Assembly: GCA_965218095.1 (NCBI GenBank)
Contig: OZ244587.1
Location: 1,280,001 to 1,344,000, forward strand
Direction of reading: 5' to 3'
Source of the DNA: Candidatus Poribacteria bacterium
GTDB lineage: Bacteria > Poribacteria > WGA-4E > PCPOR2b
DNA length: 64,000 nucleotides
Position numbers and translations under genes: made by a program. This document shows positions 26,472-37,423 of the stretch, piece by piece (the stretch's first letter is position 1; each line of letters starts with the position of its first letter). The notes beneath the pieces were generated by a model. It ran no database searches. It saw nothing but the letters and a program-made list of their open reading frames with translations, and was not told where the DNA came from.

Positions 26472-28411
26472 TTAAATCCAGCTATACACAGCAGAACGCA
26501 GAACAAGGCTCAGAATTGGCCAGAAGCACCCTATCAACGCTTCGCCGAGTACCAGTCCGATAAAGAAAGGCATCGCTCGACGATAGGCGCTAATACTGCC
26601 ATGTTTGAGTATGAGCCACTTGGCGCTCATCCCGAACAGCAGGGGAAACCAGACCAGATTCATTGTACCGGGGGCGACACCGACCACGTAGCCTGCGGGG
26701 TGAAGCGGACACCAGACGAACCGGGTGCGGAGAAACATAATGCCAAGGTTCAAGACAAAGCCCAATCCGAGAACCGTCATCGCCAACCAATCCGTCGGCT
26801 TGGGATTAATCAACCAAGATGACAGAAAATTGTATGCCTCCGCACCGCCTGAGTGGATCTGCTCAGAATCCGCCGCGACCCCTTCCTTGTAAATCGTGTA
26901 TGGATAGAGAATGAGGCTCGATTCAATCCCAACGACACTGGCAATTACCAGCACAATTAGCATGGTGCGGTTTCGGATTCCCGCTCGATCAGCCAGTTTG
27001 AAGGCTTCCATCTGATCGGGCATTGGGTGCGTCCGAAACGATGCGTAACTTGCCCCGCTCAACCAATTCATCATGGAAAGTACTGTCAAATTCCCCGCCC
27101 GGAGCCGGCGCGTGCCGAACATGGAGATTGTCAGGTATTGTGGGGTGACGTAACCAACGGACTGAATGGGAGGGCCCAACTCCGCTCGCATGCGCGTCAA
27201 TCCAACAACGATCAGCAGATAGATCGTGATAAAGATCGCATAACCCCGGATCGACATGCCCCCTTTTATACAAAAGCCCATCAATACCAAAAGGCAGATA
27301 CACAATGTAATCACTGTGGTATGATAAGAAACTGGCTCGTCTGCTTCATCCGCCTGATCCGGACGAATGACGCGAGCGATGACTTGCGCAAAATGCTTTC
27401 TGCCACTCCAGCAGGTGACGACAAGCAGAGCGAGGAGCGCACCGGCACCTTGTTCCCCGAAAAATGGATACCCCGGCAGGTTTACAATACCAGCCATGCT
27501 TCCGAACAGCAGTTGTCCCTTTCTCATCATGTAGAAAAATGCGCAGGAAAAGGAGAGATCCAAAGGGAGGATAAAGCCGAGACCAATCAGGTAAGGGTGG
27601 AGACGCAGCGGCATGCTCCCCAGTACATTCCACGGTTTGTGTGTGAAGTAGATGTTGAGGTCATATTTCTTCACGGGAATTGAAGGCAAGGTCGGAAAAA
27701 AATACTGAAGCCCATTCAGCAGGTTGATGCCAGCGGCAATCCCAAAGCCAATCCAGAGCAAGCGGTTTCTGAAAATTGCTCCGGATTGCGTCGTGATCTC
27801 GAAAGGGATCTGGATAACCGGATACGCCAATTTTTCATGCGCCACCCATTGCCTTCTGAGAATTGAGGTGAGACAGAGGAAAATCAGCATCAGCGAGAAG
27901 ATGACAATCGACCACGATAAGATTGGCGTCAACCAATACCGCATGTAGCCGTCTTTGAAGAAATTTACCTCTCCCTCGAAAAAATCGGTGATGGCTTTGG
28001 GGTGGGAGACAACAAGCCATTTTGGCAGGTGGCGAAATAGCAGCGCTTCCCAGTCGTTTTCAGGGGTTGCAAAACGGAAGGCATACGGTATCAGTCCCAT
28101 CAAGCGAGGCATACACGAGGCATACAGTCGTGCTCTGAGAAGGCGCTTCCTACAGCGAGCATGCCGTAGATCACGATAAGGTCTTGCCGGCTAAGTGCGG
28201 CTTTTGGAGAGATGTGACGGACAACTATGTTCAACCACGTTATCACTAGGAGGGCAAACATGACGTTGACCGACAGCGTAACAGTCGTCAGGTGCGCTGT
28301 ATGCCATAACATTTCCACGTAGGCAATCCAGTAACTGTTGGCAGTGATCAACACCGCACCGATCAGCACTGCACGCTTAGTAATTCTGGCAGATGGTTCT
28401 TTTTTCATCAT
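26472..28411 (-). pseudogene. DUF6785/DUF6784-type polytopic membrane protein (OPT-like), frameshifted
   Basis: ORFs 28100-28453 and 26472-28112 join in frame when one copy of an 11-bp tandem duplication is removed; TPENDW, RQW..EKLAYP, RMRAELG, PLHPAGY, PFFIGL motifs; paralog at 40438. Confidence 0.8.
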
Positions 28412-28579
28412 ATCAAAAACTCTAAATCCTGGATGCCTCAATGGATATTCCACTTTAGCGGGTATGAGAGTTTTCCTGAGAGGGCATACACAGGGATGCG
28501 CCTACGAGAACCACCTCAGAGTGGGCAGATCTGTGTGTCTGCTACTGGTGAATAATTACCAGATTCAGCTCGCATTCAC

Positions 28580-28700
28580 GACGATTCCGAGCAGTGCGTC
28601 AGCATTGAATGGATTCGGAAAGTTTGGAAACAGCGTCGTCCGCTTGAGTGGATCCAACTTCACCCAACCCAACGTTGTCACAAACAGCCTAATAGGAAAG
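28580..28700 (-). pseudogene. Remnant of a secreted protein C-terminus (FlgD-Ig / sorting-domain-like)
   Basis: Manual translation LFVTTLGWVKLDPLKRTTLFPNFPNPFN. Confidence 0.5.
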
Positions 28701-28978
28701 GCGGGCTTGTCGAGAGTTTTACCAAATATCTAACGCGCTGTCAATAAAAAAATTGCGGAAGTAACAAACAGCCCTGCACTTAACTTGATAGTCCGGCAGA
28801 GGGGTTTACCAGAATTTTATGTGTTTTTAATTCAGAGTTTTTAATTCAGAAATGGTATAATTAAAAAAGTTACTGAGTTGCGGGGTTGGCACGACCGGAT
28901 TCAGTGCCAGCCGGCCAATGTGGGGGCGTGAACAGCAGCGGCTCGAAATCAAGATGGCATAAAAAGAAAGGGGTAACC

Positions 28979-29800
28979 ATGCCAACAATAGCAATGTCCA
29001 GTTTGGTACACGCCGGCGAGCCATTTTCAGCCCAGAAGACGACGGAACTCATTGAAGAACTTGGCCGGGAAGGGTTTGTATTGATCCCAAACGTTCTGAC
29101 ATCTGAGGAGGTTGAAAACCTGAAGGTGCGTTTCGACCAATTTTTCGCCGATCCAAAGCACTTTGAAACGGACAATCTCTATAGCGACTGGATTGGCGTC
29201 CGCTTGTTCGAGACGGATACGATGTTCCGTAACATGCTGGTGCGCGAACCGATCATCAGCCTTGTTGAGGCAGTCTGCGGAAAAGACTGCCATCTGATTG
29301 CCGACGGTGCGATACGGAACCGGCCAGGCGAGGCCATTTCCAACTTTCATGTTGACGACACTGTGTTTTTCCCGCTGCCGGATGACGTCCCCCGGCACGA
29401 CCCTCGTATCCCGTTGCCGGTGTTCCAGTTGACGGTTCAGATACCGCTGACCGACATCCGGTCGATTGAATACGGACCAACGCAGTTTGTCCCTGGAAGT
29501 CATTACTCGGGCCGACACCCTGACGACAAAGAAAACCCGAGTTTCGAGGGGAAGGGGCCGGTATCTATTTTGTGTAAGCCTGGCGACATCTATCTCCAGA
29601 CTGGCCAGTGTTGGCACCGGGGCGCGCCCAACACCTCCGATCGGACACGCTACCTCTACCAGATGGCGTATGGCCCGCGCTGGGTGTCACAGCGGTTTTA
29701 TCCCTTTCTAAACTACCGGATGCCCGATCATGTCCACGATGGCGCAGGAGAACGTCTGCTGCGCGTGCTGGGGAAACACTCCAAGGGGGCCTACGGTTAA
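28979..29800 (+). CDS. PhyH-family Fe(II)/2-oxoglutarate dioxygenase
   Basis: EGFVLIPNVL, FHVD, GPTQFVPGSH, CWHRGAPN...R. Confidence 0.9.
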   Translation: MPTIAMSSLVHAGEPFSAQKTTELIEELGREGFVLIPNVLTSEEVENLKVRFDQFFADPKHFETDNLYSDWIGVRLFETDTMFRNMLVREPIISLVEAVCGKDCHLIADGAIRNRPGEAISNFHVDDTVFFPLPDDVPRHDPRIPLPVFQLTVQIPLTDIRSIEYGPTQFVPGSHYSGRHPDDKENPSFEGKGPVSILCKPGDIYLQTGQCWHRGAPNTSDRTRYLYQMAYGPRWVSQRFYPFLNYRMPDHVHDGAGERLLRVLGKHSKGAYG

Positions 29801-29830
29801 TTCTTCGCCCATGCAAGGAGCTAAACTTTG

Positions 29831-29974
29831 ATGGAAGTTGACAATGGCAAAATAGTCGAGATGTTTAATCGCATGAACCTTGAATATCCGGGTTTGGAGA
29901 AGGTCAGAGACGCCGTGGAAGCCGGGGATTACCCTACCGCTGAAGCGACTTATCTGGAATACTATCGCGCCTGA
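29831..29974 (+). pseudogene. N-terminal remnant of a heparinase II/III-like protein
   Basis: AAGGAG RBS; MEVDNG...MNLEYPGLEKVRDAVEAGDYPTAEATYLEYYRA stop after 47 aa. Confidence 0.55.
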
Positions 29975-29977
29975 AGT

Positions 29978-30372
29978 GAATGTTACAATCATCGGGCGGA
30001 AGATCCGGAATTTGCTCGGCTGACTTTCTGCCTACTCGGCGTTGCCCATCCATCAGATTTGATTCACGACGCCGACGCGGGGCTCTTCAACACCGGTCGG
30101 CACATTGTGTTGGACGACTTCACCGCCGCTGAAGCGGTTCCCCTGGCGAGAGGACTGGGGAACGATGAGCACACCGCAGGAGCACTCCGTCAAGGGACAA
30201 AACCGCGCAGATCCGGGACGTGGCGACCGGAAAGTTCCGTGGACAACCATTGCGGCATTGGGATAGGGTTATGGGTGTGGCGTTCAGCCCAGATGGAAAA
30301 TTCCTGGCTACCGCGTTGATGGATAACACTGCCCGGCTGTGGCGCACACTGGCAGCGCTGACGCCTCCTTGA
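29978..30372 (+). pseudogene. Internally deleted AAA-like (AAA_35 type) plus WD40 protein remnant
   Basis: ECYNHRAEDPEFARLTFCLLGVAHPSDLIHD...FNTGRHIVLDDFT, then out-of-frame DKTAQIRDVATGK...PLRH...GVAFSPDGKFLATA..DNTARLW. Confidence 0.75.
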
Positions 30373-30404
30373 CCACCTCTGTGTCTTCCCCCATAGGGAT
30401 TAAG

Positions 30405-31799
30405 TTAAGCCGAAATCGTGCCATTGGATAGGGGTTTATTGGCTCCTCTCCTCTGAAAGCAAGGTTTCACCTGGCCTGTCACGTAGGTTGAATTTGTCAT
30501 GAGGCGATCCAAAGCCTTGAGGTAGCGATGGGGGATTCTGGCTTTGACCTGGATTGAGTCACCTTGATAGTCAGTGTCCAAAACCTCACCGTGTTTATAC
30601 AGATAATCCAACGCCTTCCCATCCCGATAAGAAAGCGTAAGCGACACATCAATGTTGTATGTTGAGAAGCGTTCTGCGAGAAGGTCTTTCAGTTCTTCTA
30701 ACCCTGTTCCATTCTGCGCCGAGATTGCGAGGCTATCAGGATATTTGCTTCGGAACAGTTGGATTTGTCCCTCATCTTCCAGCAGATCAACCTTGTTGAG
30801 CAGCATAATTGTTGGTAACTCGAAGGCGCCCAACTCTTTAAGCACCTCATCAACGGCATCGATCTGACTTTCCGCCTGTGGATGGCTCACATCTACCACA
30901 TGGAGCAGCAGAACTGCCTCCGCAACCTCCTCCAGCGTTGCCTTGAATGCAGCCACCAGATGGTGTGGGAGCTTTTTGAGAAAACCAACCGTATCACTCA
31001 ACAGAACCCGTTGGTTGTCTAGCAAATCAACAAGGCGGGTTGTTGGGTCCAAGGTTGCGAACAACTTATCTTCAGCCAAGCGGTTCTCGCTCGTCAAAGC
31101 ATTGAAGAGCGTTGATTTCCCGGCGTTGGTATAACCGACAATTGAAACGTTAATCATCTCCTGACGGTTGCTTCGCTGCACACGGCGATGCTTCTCAATA
31201 CCTTTGAGCGCCTTTTTGAGGCGTGAAATTTGTGAGCGAATCAACCTTCGGTCGATCTGAAGCTGGGTCTCACCGGGACCGCGGACTATTCCGCCAGCAC
31301 GTCCGGCACTGACTCCTGCCGTTCCGCCCGCGCCTGTGCCAAGCCGGGAGAGGTGCGTCCACATTCGCGTCAAACGCGGCAAGGCATATTGCAGTTGCGC
31401 CAGATCCACCTGTAATTTTGCAGCTTTCGTTTGCGCACGTTGCGCGAAGATCTGTAGAATCAGGCTCGTTCGGTCGATTGCGATGATATCGAGGCCTTTT
31501 TCTAGGTTGCGCGTTTGCGCTGGCGTGAGGTCGTTATCAAAAATAATTGCTTCCACCTTGAGTTCACCGATCACCGCTTCCAATTCCTCTATCTTTCCCC
31601 GCCCAATAAAATAGGCGGGGTCAGGCGTCTCTTTCGGCTGTATGGTTTCAGCAAACACTTCCATCCCCGCTGTCTCTGCGAGCCGTCTTAGCTCTTCCAG
31701 TGAACTTTCCACCTCGCTCCGCAGCTCATCCTTCAGCTTTACACCAACAAGGATAGCCCGTGTTGGGGAAGTTGTCATAGTATCTTGCCCTTCGTGCAT
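30405..31799 (-). CDS. hflX: Ribosome-splitting GTPase HflX
   Basis: GPGETQL, GYTNAGKS, LFATLDPT, DTVGF, NKVD. Confidence 0.97.
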   Translation of the reverse strand: MHEGQDTMTTSPTRAILVGVKLKDELRSEVESSLEELRRLAETAGMEVFAETIQPKETPDPAYFIGRGKIEELEAVIGELKVEAIIFDNDLTPAQTRNLEKGLDIIAIDRTSLILQIFAQRAQTKAAKLQVDLAQLQYALPRLTRMWTHLSRLGTGAGGTAGVSAGRAGGIVRGPGETQLQIDRRLIRSQISRLKKALKGIEKHRRVQRSNRQEMINVSIVGYTNAGKSTLFNALTSENRLAEDKLFATLDPTTRLVDLLDNQRVLLSDTVGFLKKLPHHLVAAFKATLEEVAEAVLLLHVVDVSHPQAESQIDAVDEVLKELGAFELPTIMLLNKVDLLEDEGQIQLFRSKYPDSLAISAQNGTGLEELKDLLAERFSTYNIDVSLTLSYRDGKALDYLYKHGEVLDTDYQGDSIQVKARIPHRYLKALDRLMTNSTYVTGQVKPCFQRRGANKPLSNGTISA

Positions 31800-32009
31800 A
31801 TCGTCTCCTTTCGGCGACATGCTTGTAACGGAAGTATGTGTATACTCAACACCGCGTGAAATTGTGTTTTTTTTATCCGCGAATCTTTGCCAATCTTCAC
31901 GAATAGGAATTAAAAATTCGCGTCAATTCGCATTATTCGCAGATGATGATTTAAAAAGCACAGTTTCTACCGTTGGACAGTATAATGAAAATGGCAAACT
32001 GAAGAGGCC

Positions 32010-32730
32010 CAAATCGAATCAGATCCCAGGCACCCACCGCTAACGCGGCATTGGTCTACCCATGTCATCGGTCCCATCCCAGACGGACTGTGTCGATCCA
32101 ACTTCATTGCTCTGAAGTTCTCGAACCAAAATCCCTCGCATATCATAAATACGAACGGTTGCTGATAAACTTGAAGGGTTATCAAAGGGTAGGGTAAGGC
32201 ACGTGGTATTATACCTGTTATCGCTACCGTTAGGGGTAAAGGGGTTGGGAAACGGTGGCCTCATCTTGAACGTCCGAGGCGCCGCGGAAATGGGGAAGAT
32301 GGCAAACAAACCAGTAGTGATATTGGCAGTTTTTATCTCCACAGTATTGTCTGTCTTGTCGAGGGGCCCGCCGAAATTATTCCATCGCACGCCGTCTCAC
32401 TTGAAGACACTTAACAGTCTATTGGTCGAGTCATCACTTGTTGTGCCGTCAGTGGGAAATTCCAGAATGAGGGCCGCAGGTTCCTTGAGCATACCGGGGA
32501 CTTCCGCTTGAATTTCCGGATCTCTCAAGGTAATACGGTACGCGATAAGCGGCGCAACCACGTCGGACGGAATCTCGGGATCGGCAGCCGCCGGCAGGAC
32601 CTCCGCAGCCCGCGTGATGGCGACCGCTGCATCCCTGATCATCGATTAGGGTGGAATGATAAGCTGCGTGGCGTCGTCCTTTATGCCATCAAGGAACACC
32701 ACCACCCTTTCACTACTTCAGATGACTAAG
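32010..32730 (-). pseudogene. Decayed secreted protein with C-terminal FlgD-Ig / CHU_C-like domain
   Basis: In-frame stops (IPP*SMI, FK*DGVRW); PNPFTPNG...VRIYDMRG.LVREL...WDGTDDMG; no start or signal peptide. Confidence 0.75.
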
Positions 32731-32792
32731 CCTCATCTAGTCCAGGAGGACTCTTCCACAGAAGTGTGCGTCTCCACGGGCTCTTCGATAAT

Positions 32793-34454
32793 TTATGAAC
32801 CACCCTCCTTAAATTCAGCATTCAGCCAAAGGATTCGTTGCGTATAAGCTGCCACTTCAGCTGTTATCCTGGCTTCGTTCCAGTGTCCTCTCTCAGCGAG
32901 AAATCGTGCGATTTTCGGTGCTATGTCAACGCCTTGACCTGCTGTCAAACCGACTCGCATGCGCCGCCAGAGCAGGTCGTCGAGTGTCATCGCCATTTCA
33001 CCCCAAAAGGCATAAAGCACCTCTGCTTTCAAAAACACCAACGATTCCGCCATCGGCTCCGCAAGTGCTGGATCCTGGTCTATGAACTTTTGAATCACTT
33101 TCGCACCTTGACCATAGCGTTGGATGAGCCGTTCTCTCTCAGCAGTGGTAAGCAGGTTAGCGTGCCGCGCCAACTCTTGTCCGCCAGCATTTCGCAACGG
33201 GTTCGTCGCTGTTTTACAGCAACGTGGGCGCTGAAGTCCTTCTGCAATGCGGTTGACAGCTTCCTCAGCAATCTTTCGGTGCGTGGTCAACTTTCCACCA
33301 TAGATATACATCACGCCACTTTGACTCTCGGTTATCAAGTGCTCCCGTGAGGCAAAACCGCCGTTTTTAGGGGCAATGAGGGGGCGCACGCCAGCATATG
33401 CGGAAACGATGCTTGCCCGGTTTAAGGTTGCCGTCGGAAAAATTCGAGCCATTTCCGAGAGCAGATAGTCCACCTCATCGGTAGAGGGACGAACGGAATC
33501 AAGGTCAGCCTCAGGATTGGATTCGGTAGTGCCGACCGCGGATAAATTAGCGTCGTAGCGAAGCGAAAAAACAATGCGAGGCTTCTCATTCTGTCGTTTT
33601 TCCGTCTGTGTGAACGCAGCGATGCCATAGTGGCTTCGGTTCAAGCGGGGCAATAGGAGGTGAATCCCCTTTGCCTTTCGGTTTGTCAACCTTGGCACAC
33701 CGTTGTAGGCTGGGTCTTTCGCCCAAAGCTGGTCTGTCCAGGGCCCCGTTGCCGACACAATTTTCTGTGCGACAATCTCAAACTGTTCGCCAGAGATTAC
33801 ATCTTCAACCCGGACTGTGTATGCGTGGTTGGCTCGATCGGGCTGAGCAATGGATTCGAGAAACCGGACGTAGTTGGCAATAACCGCCCCGTGCTGATGC
33901 GCATCCTTAAGTGTCAGTAAGGTCAACCGTGCATCATCGACCATACTATCCCAAACGACGATGCACCCTTTTAACGATTTCGTCTCAATTGGCCCGACCA
34001 AATGCCGAATCTGCGCTGCATCACGGAACGTATACGCGCTCTCAGCCTTATCTGCTTTAGAGAGATAATTATAGTACTGCGCCGCGACACGCATACCGGC
34101 GAGTGGATACGGATCTCCCTTATAATTGAGTATGGCAATTGGCACCGGTTTGACGAGGTTCGGCGCGATGCGCAATAGAATCTCTCGTTCACGACGCGCC
34201 TCTTTTACCAGCGCAAAGTTACACTTGATGAGATACCGAAAACCGCCATGGATGAGTTGCGAGGTAGCACTGCTTGTACCATTGGCAAAGTCGCCCTTCT
34301 CAATTAACCCGGCTTTGAAATGCCCGTTTAACGCGAGGTCACGAATCAGCCCCGCCCCCACGATGCCGCCACCGATGACCAAAACATCCAACGGCTCGCT
34401 CTTTAAGCTTTTAATATTCTGTGCCCGAGTTCGGGCCGAGAATTCGTATGGCAT
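32793..34454 (-). CDS. glpD: FAD-dependent glycerol-3-phosphate dehydrogenase / oxidase family
   Basis: GGGIVG, DFANGTSS..SQLIHGGFRY, DDARL, ATGPW, AGVRPL, GGKLTT. Confidence 0.88.
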   Translation of the reverse strand: MPYEFSARTRAQNIKSLKSEPLDVLVIGGGIVGAGLIRDLALNGHFKAGLIEKGDFANGTSSATSQLIHGGFRYLIKCNFALVKEARREREILLRIAPNLVKPVPIAILNYKGDPYPLAGMRVAAQYYNYLSKADKAESAYTFRDAAQIRHLVGPIETKSLKGCIVVWDSMVDDARLTLLTLKDAHQHGAVIANYVRFLESIAQPDRANHAYTVRVEDVISGEQFEIVAQKIVSATGPWTDQLWAKDPAYNGVPRLTNRKAKGIHLLLPRLNRSHYGIAAFTQTEKRQNEKPRIVFSLRYDANLSAVGTTESNPEADLDSVRPSTDEVDYLLSEMARIFPTATLNRASIVSAYAGVRPLIAPKNGGFASREHLITESQSGVMYIYGGKLTTHRKIAEEAVNRIAEGLQRPRCCKTATNPLRNAGGQELARHANLLTTAERERLIQRYGQGAKVIQKFIDQDPALAEPMAESLVFLKAEVLYAFWGEMAMTLDDLLWRRMRVGLTAGQGVDIAPKIARFLAERGHWNEARITAEVAAYTQRILWLNAEFKEGGS

Positions 34455-34455
34455 G

Positions 34456-35868
34456 TCAAACAGCATCACTTTCTGCGAGCATTTCGGCATGACGAGCAAT
34501 TTTGCCGATAGCAGCGAGGACGCCTTCTGCGGCGTGGGGAATCGGATCGGTCAAGACAGGCAGGAACACCAGCCGCGAACAGGCTTTTTCGCTTACGGGC
34601 AGGTCACCTTCGACGTAGCCGTGGTAATCTCCCCCCATTTCAGGTGTACAGAGGGCCCCCCGCCCGTTCGTATAAATGTCAAGCCCCTCCGTAAACAGTG
34701 GCAGGCTATGGAGAAGCGGATACGGGTTGTCATTCGTTGGCAAGCTTCCTGAGAAGAGCGGCACCCCATCGCCGACCAAGAGTGGATATGGGTTATTATT
34801 TGCAAGAACTCCTTCTTTTCGGAGTGCATCAGCGAACACAGGTGCCGGTAGCCCGCTCATTTCTGCCGGGTGGTAATGGATAGGGAACCCAAAGAAACCA
34901 GCCGGCTCTACCCCCGCGTATGTCTCAACAGCACTGACCCCCGGAACCGCCCGCAATCCGTTTGACACCTCTCGAATGTAGGTGCGACGCTTCGCGTTCA
35001 GTGCATCCAGTTTCTCCATCTGCACCGATGCAATGCCGATTGCGAGCGGGTGTGCGCGATATTTAACCCCAAGCCCCATAGGGGGGAGATGCTTGTATTT
35101 GGGGTTCCCCCCCTCAATTTTGACCGAGCGGTTCACCTGCCCGAGTAAACAGGCGCGTTCAAAAACCGCAGCATCGTTGGTCGCCAGTACACCGCCTTCG
35201 CCACCGCTAACCGGTTTGCTACCTTGTAAACTCCAGGCACCAACGTGTCCGATGCTTCCGCACGGCTCGCCTTTGTAGCTTGCGCCATGCGCGTGCGAGC
35301 AATCTTCTATCACAGGGACACCGGTCTCCTTGCTCAACGCCATCAGCGCATCCATATCACAGACGTTCCCCCACAGATGGACAGCCACAATCGCCTTCGT
35401 CCGCTCTGTGATGCGCCGCCGAACGTCAGCCACATCAATTAGCAAGGTTCGCGGATCAATTTCGCAAAAGACCGGTTTCGCCATCAGCATCAGCGCAGGC
35501 GTAATCGAACATATCCACGTATAGGTTGGGCAGATGACTTCATCTCCCGGACCAACCCCGAGACCGAACATTGCACTATGTATCGCCGCGGTGCCGTTGA
35601 TAAGGCTTATCGCAAATTCGGTGTGATACCGTTCACACCACATCTGCTCAAACGCTTGAACAACCGGAGATGCACCCGAAAGCTCGTTGCGAAGGGTCAT
35701 TTGATAGGCGATTCGTGCCTCGGCTTCCGTGATTTGGTGCCACTGTTCAAGTTTCGGATAGGCGGAGGCAGTCGCTGATTCAAAGATGGGCGTTCCGCCC
35801 AACACGGCGGGTAAGTTTTTCAGGTCGGTTTTAGACATGAGAGGGCATTCAACCTCCGTCAAATTCAT
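34456..35868 (-). CDS. DegT/DnrJ/EryC1/StrS PLP aminotransferase
   Basis: NGTAA, VHLWG, EDCSHAHGA, SLQGSKPVSGGEGG. Confidence 0.92.
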   Translation of the reverse strand: MNLTEVECPLMSKTDLKNLPAVLGGTPIFESATASAYPKLEQWHQITEAEARIAYQMTLRNELSGASPVVQAFEQMWCERYHTEFAISLINGTAAIHSAMFGLGVGPGDEVICPTYTWICSITPALMLMAKPVFCEIDPRTLLIDVADVRRRITERTKAIVAVHLWGNVCDMDALMALSKETGVPVIEDCSHAHGASYKGEPCGSIGHVGAWSLQGSKPVSGGEGGVLATNDAAVFERACLLGQVNRSVKIEGGNPKYKHLPPMGLGVKYRAHPLAIGIASVQMEKLDALNAKRRTYIREVSNGLRAVPGVSAVETYAGVEPAGFFGFPIHYHPAEMSGLPAPVFADALRKEGVLANNNPYPLLVGDGVPLFSGSLPTNDNPYPLLHSLPLFTEGLDIYTNGRGALCTPEMGGDYHGYVEGDLPVSEKACSRLVFLPVLTDPIPHAAEGVLAAIGKIARHAEMLAESDAV

Positions 35869-36591
35869 TCGCTCCCCAACCGCTAACACGGATTGTTTTC
35901 AAGAAAGAATAGCACAAGGGTCATTCGCGTTCGTGCGTAACTGCTTACTGTCCCTGCTTGCAATGGGCAGGTTTTTCCTTCTGCACAATTGTGCTCATCA
36001 TCCGGGGACAGAATCTGCGTGCGTTAACATGGGGCGGTATCTATTATTAACAGTGTTTCGTGAGTCAGCTACCCCGCACTAAAGGACGGAAGACGCTAGG
36101 ATTTAGACCATTTTGTCACATCGTGAAGGGTTTATCTTTCTACAATCCTGTAAATCCACACCAAGATTCAAGGATTATCAAGATTGTGGAGGGGCAAAAC
36201 CTCAATTCTGATGGAGGATTCTATCAATTTCCAGAATCGTTGTCAAGAGATATTTTGACATCTGACCGTGCGATTTCCGCCCCTTGCATGTCGCTCACGT
36301 GTGCACTGATGATTTGTAAGACGAGTTTTGTTATCTGCCCAGCCCCCTGCCAAGAATGAAAAGTTTCAATCGGTTCATCTATAAATTGCTTTCGGGGATG
36401 TAGTTCCATGCGACTGTTCTGCTTCTGAAGGAACCCATCCGGCGTCAAATCTGAGGGAATATCACTGACTTAACAAGCGAAGTTATTGCAAATCTGTTAC
36501 AGTGTCATTACAAATTCCCCACGCATGGGCTCAATCGAGTTTACCGAGGGGCTGACCCAGAAAAAACAGGTACAGACAGACTTCAAGTATG

Positions 36592-36627
36592 AGTCGTCGG
36601 CAAATGCTCACGGTTTTGCCGACGACT
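36592..36627. repeat. Palindromic REP-like hairpin
   Basis: agtcgtcggcaaa-tgctcacggt-tttgccgacgact. Confidence 0.7.
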
Positions 36628-36895
36628 GAGTAGAGCCACCTCCTTTCGATTCGTAGTTTTGGGGTGAATGTATCGCCGAATCATTTCATCGCAAAGTTTA
36701 CGACCAATAACACCGAAATTCAACCTGTTTTTCTGTTTTTTCTCGTGGGGAATTTGTACAGTGTCATCAAAAAAGAAATACCCGCATCCAACATTTGCCA
36801 GACACAGGCGGCTTCCTCTGGAATAAAACGAATCAAAGCAGACTGATAGCAATATACTACCCAGTCTACCTGTTTCCCAATGTCACACACAACGC

Positions 36896-37392
36896 CTAAT
36901 CTTTGATGTCAGTTGTGGCTCCCAGGCCTGGGCTATCAGTACCCAGAACCGCGCGTGGGCCTTCGCCCTCATTGCAAACATACAGGATTCTGTTGCCATC
37001 CCCATTGGTGTCGCCCAACGCTTCGGCAAAAAATGTCGATGCGGTAGCAGCCGTCACCTCATACGCAAAGCGGACATCGGCGTTTGTGGAAAAACCAATA
37101 CCGTCGAAGTTTGTAGGAGCTGGGCCTATCACCGTCCACGGTACGGACTGTTCGTCCACGGACCCCGCGGCCCGGGGCGAGGCCGTACATAGTATCCGTT
37201 AGTCAACTTATAGCTCTCTTCGGAGAGCTTGATGCCATTGAGGTTGGTGCTCGCCTCAGAGTGCCTGGCACCCGCCTAGAACTTCAGGTAGACTAGGATG
37301 CTGACCCCAGCGAGAATGACCACAATGGCTACAGCAATCAGGAGCTCCATGAGGGTAAACCCTCTTTGGTCTGTTGCAAACTGCTTGAACAT
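36896..37392 (-). pseudogene. pilA: Type IV major pilin pseudogene
   Basis: MFKQFATDQRG|FTLMELLIAVAIVVILAG prepilin motif; TAG at LKF*AGARHSEASTNL; frameshift near 37190; C-terminal ALGDTNGDG. Confidence 0.85.
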
Positions 37393-37423
37393 GAATCGTA
37401 AGCTCCTGTAGCCAGCCCAAACC

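Noticed and set aside
35900-36480. Gene remnants (PIN-toxin-like RRKNLPIASRD; ORF 36224-36448)
   Set aside because: Similarity too short to support a call
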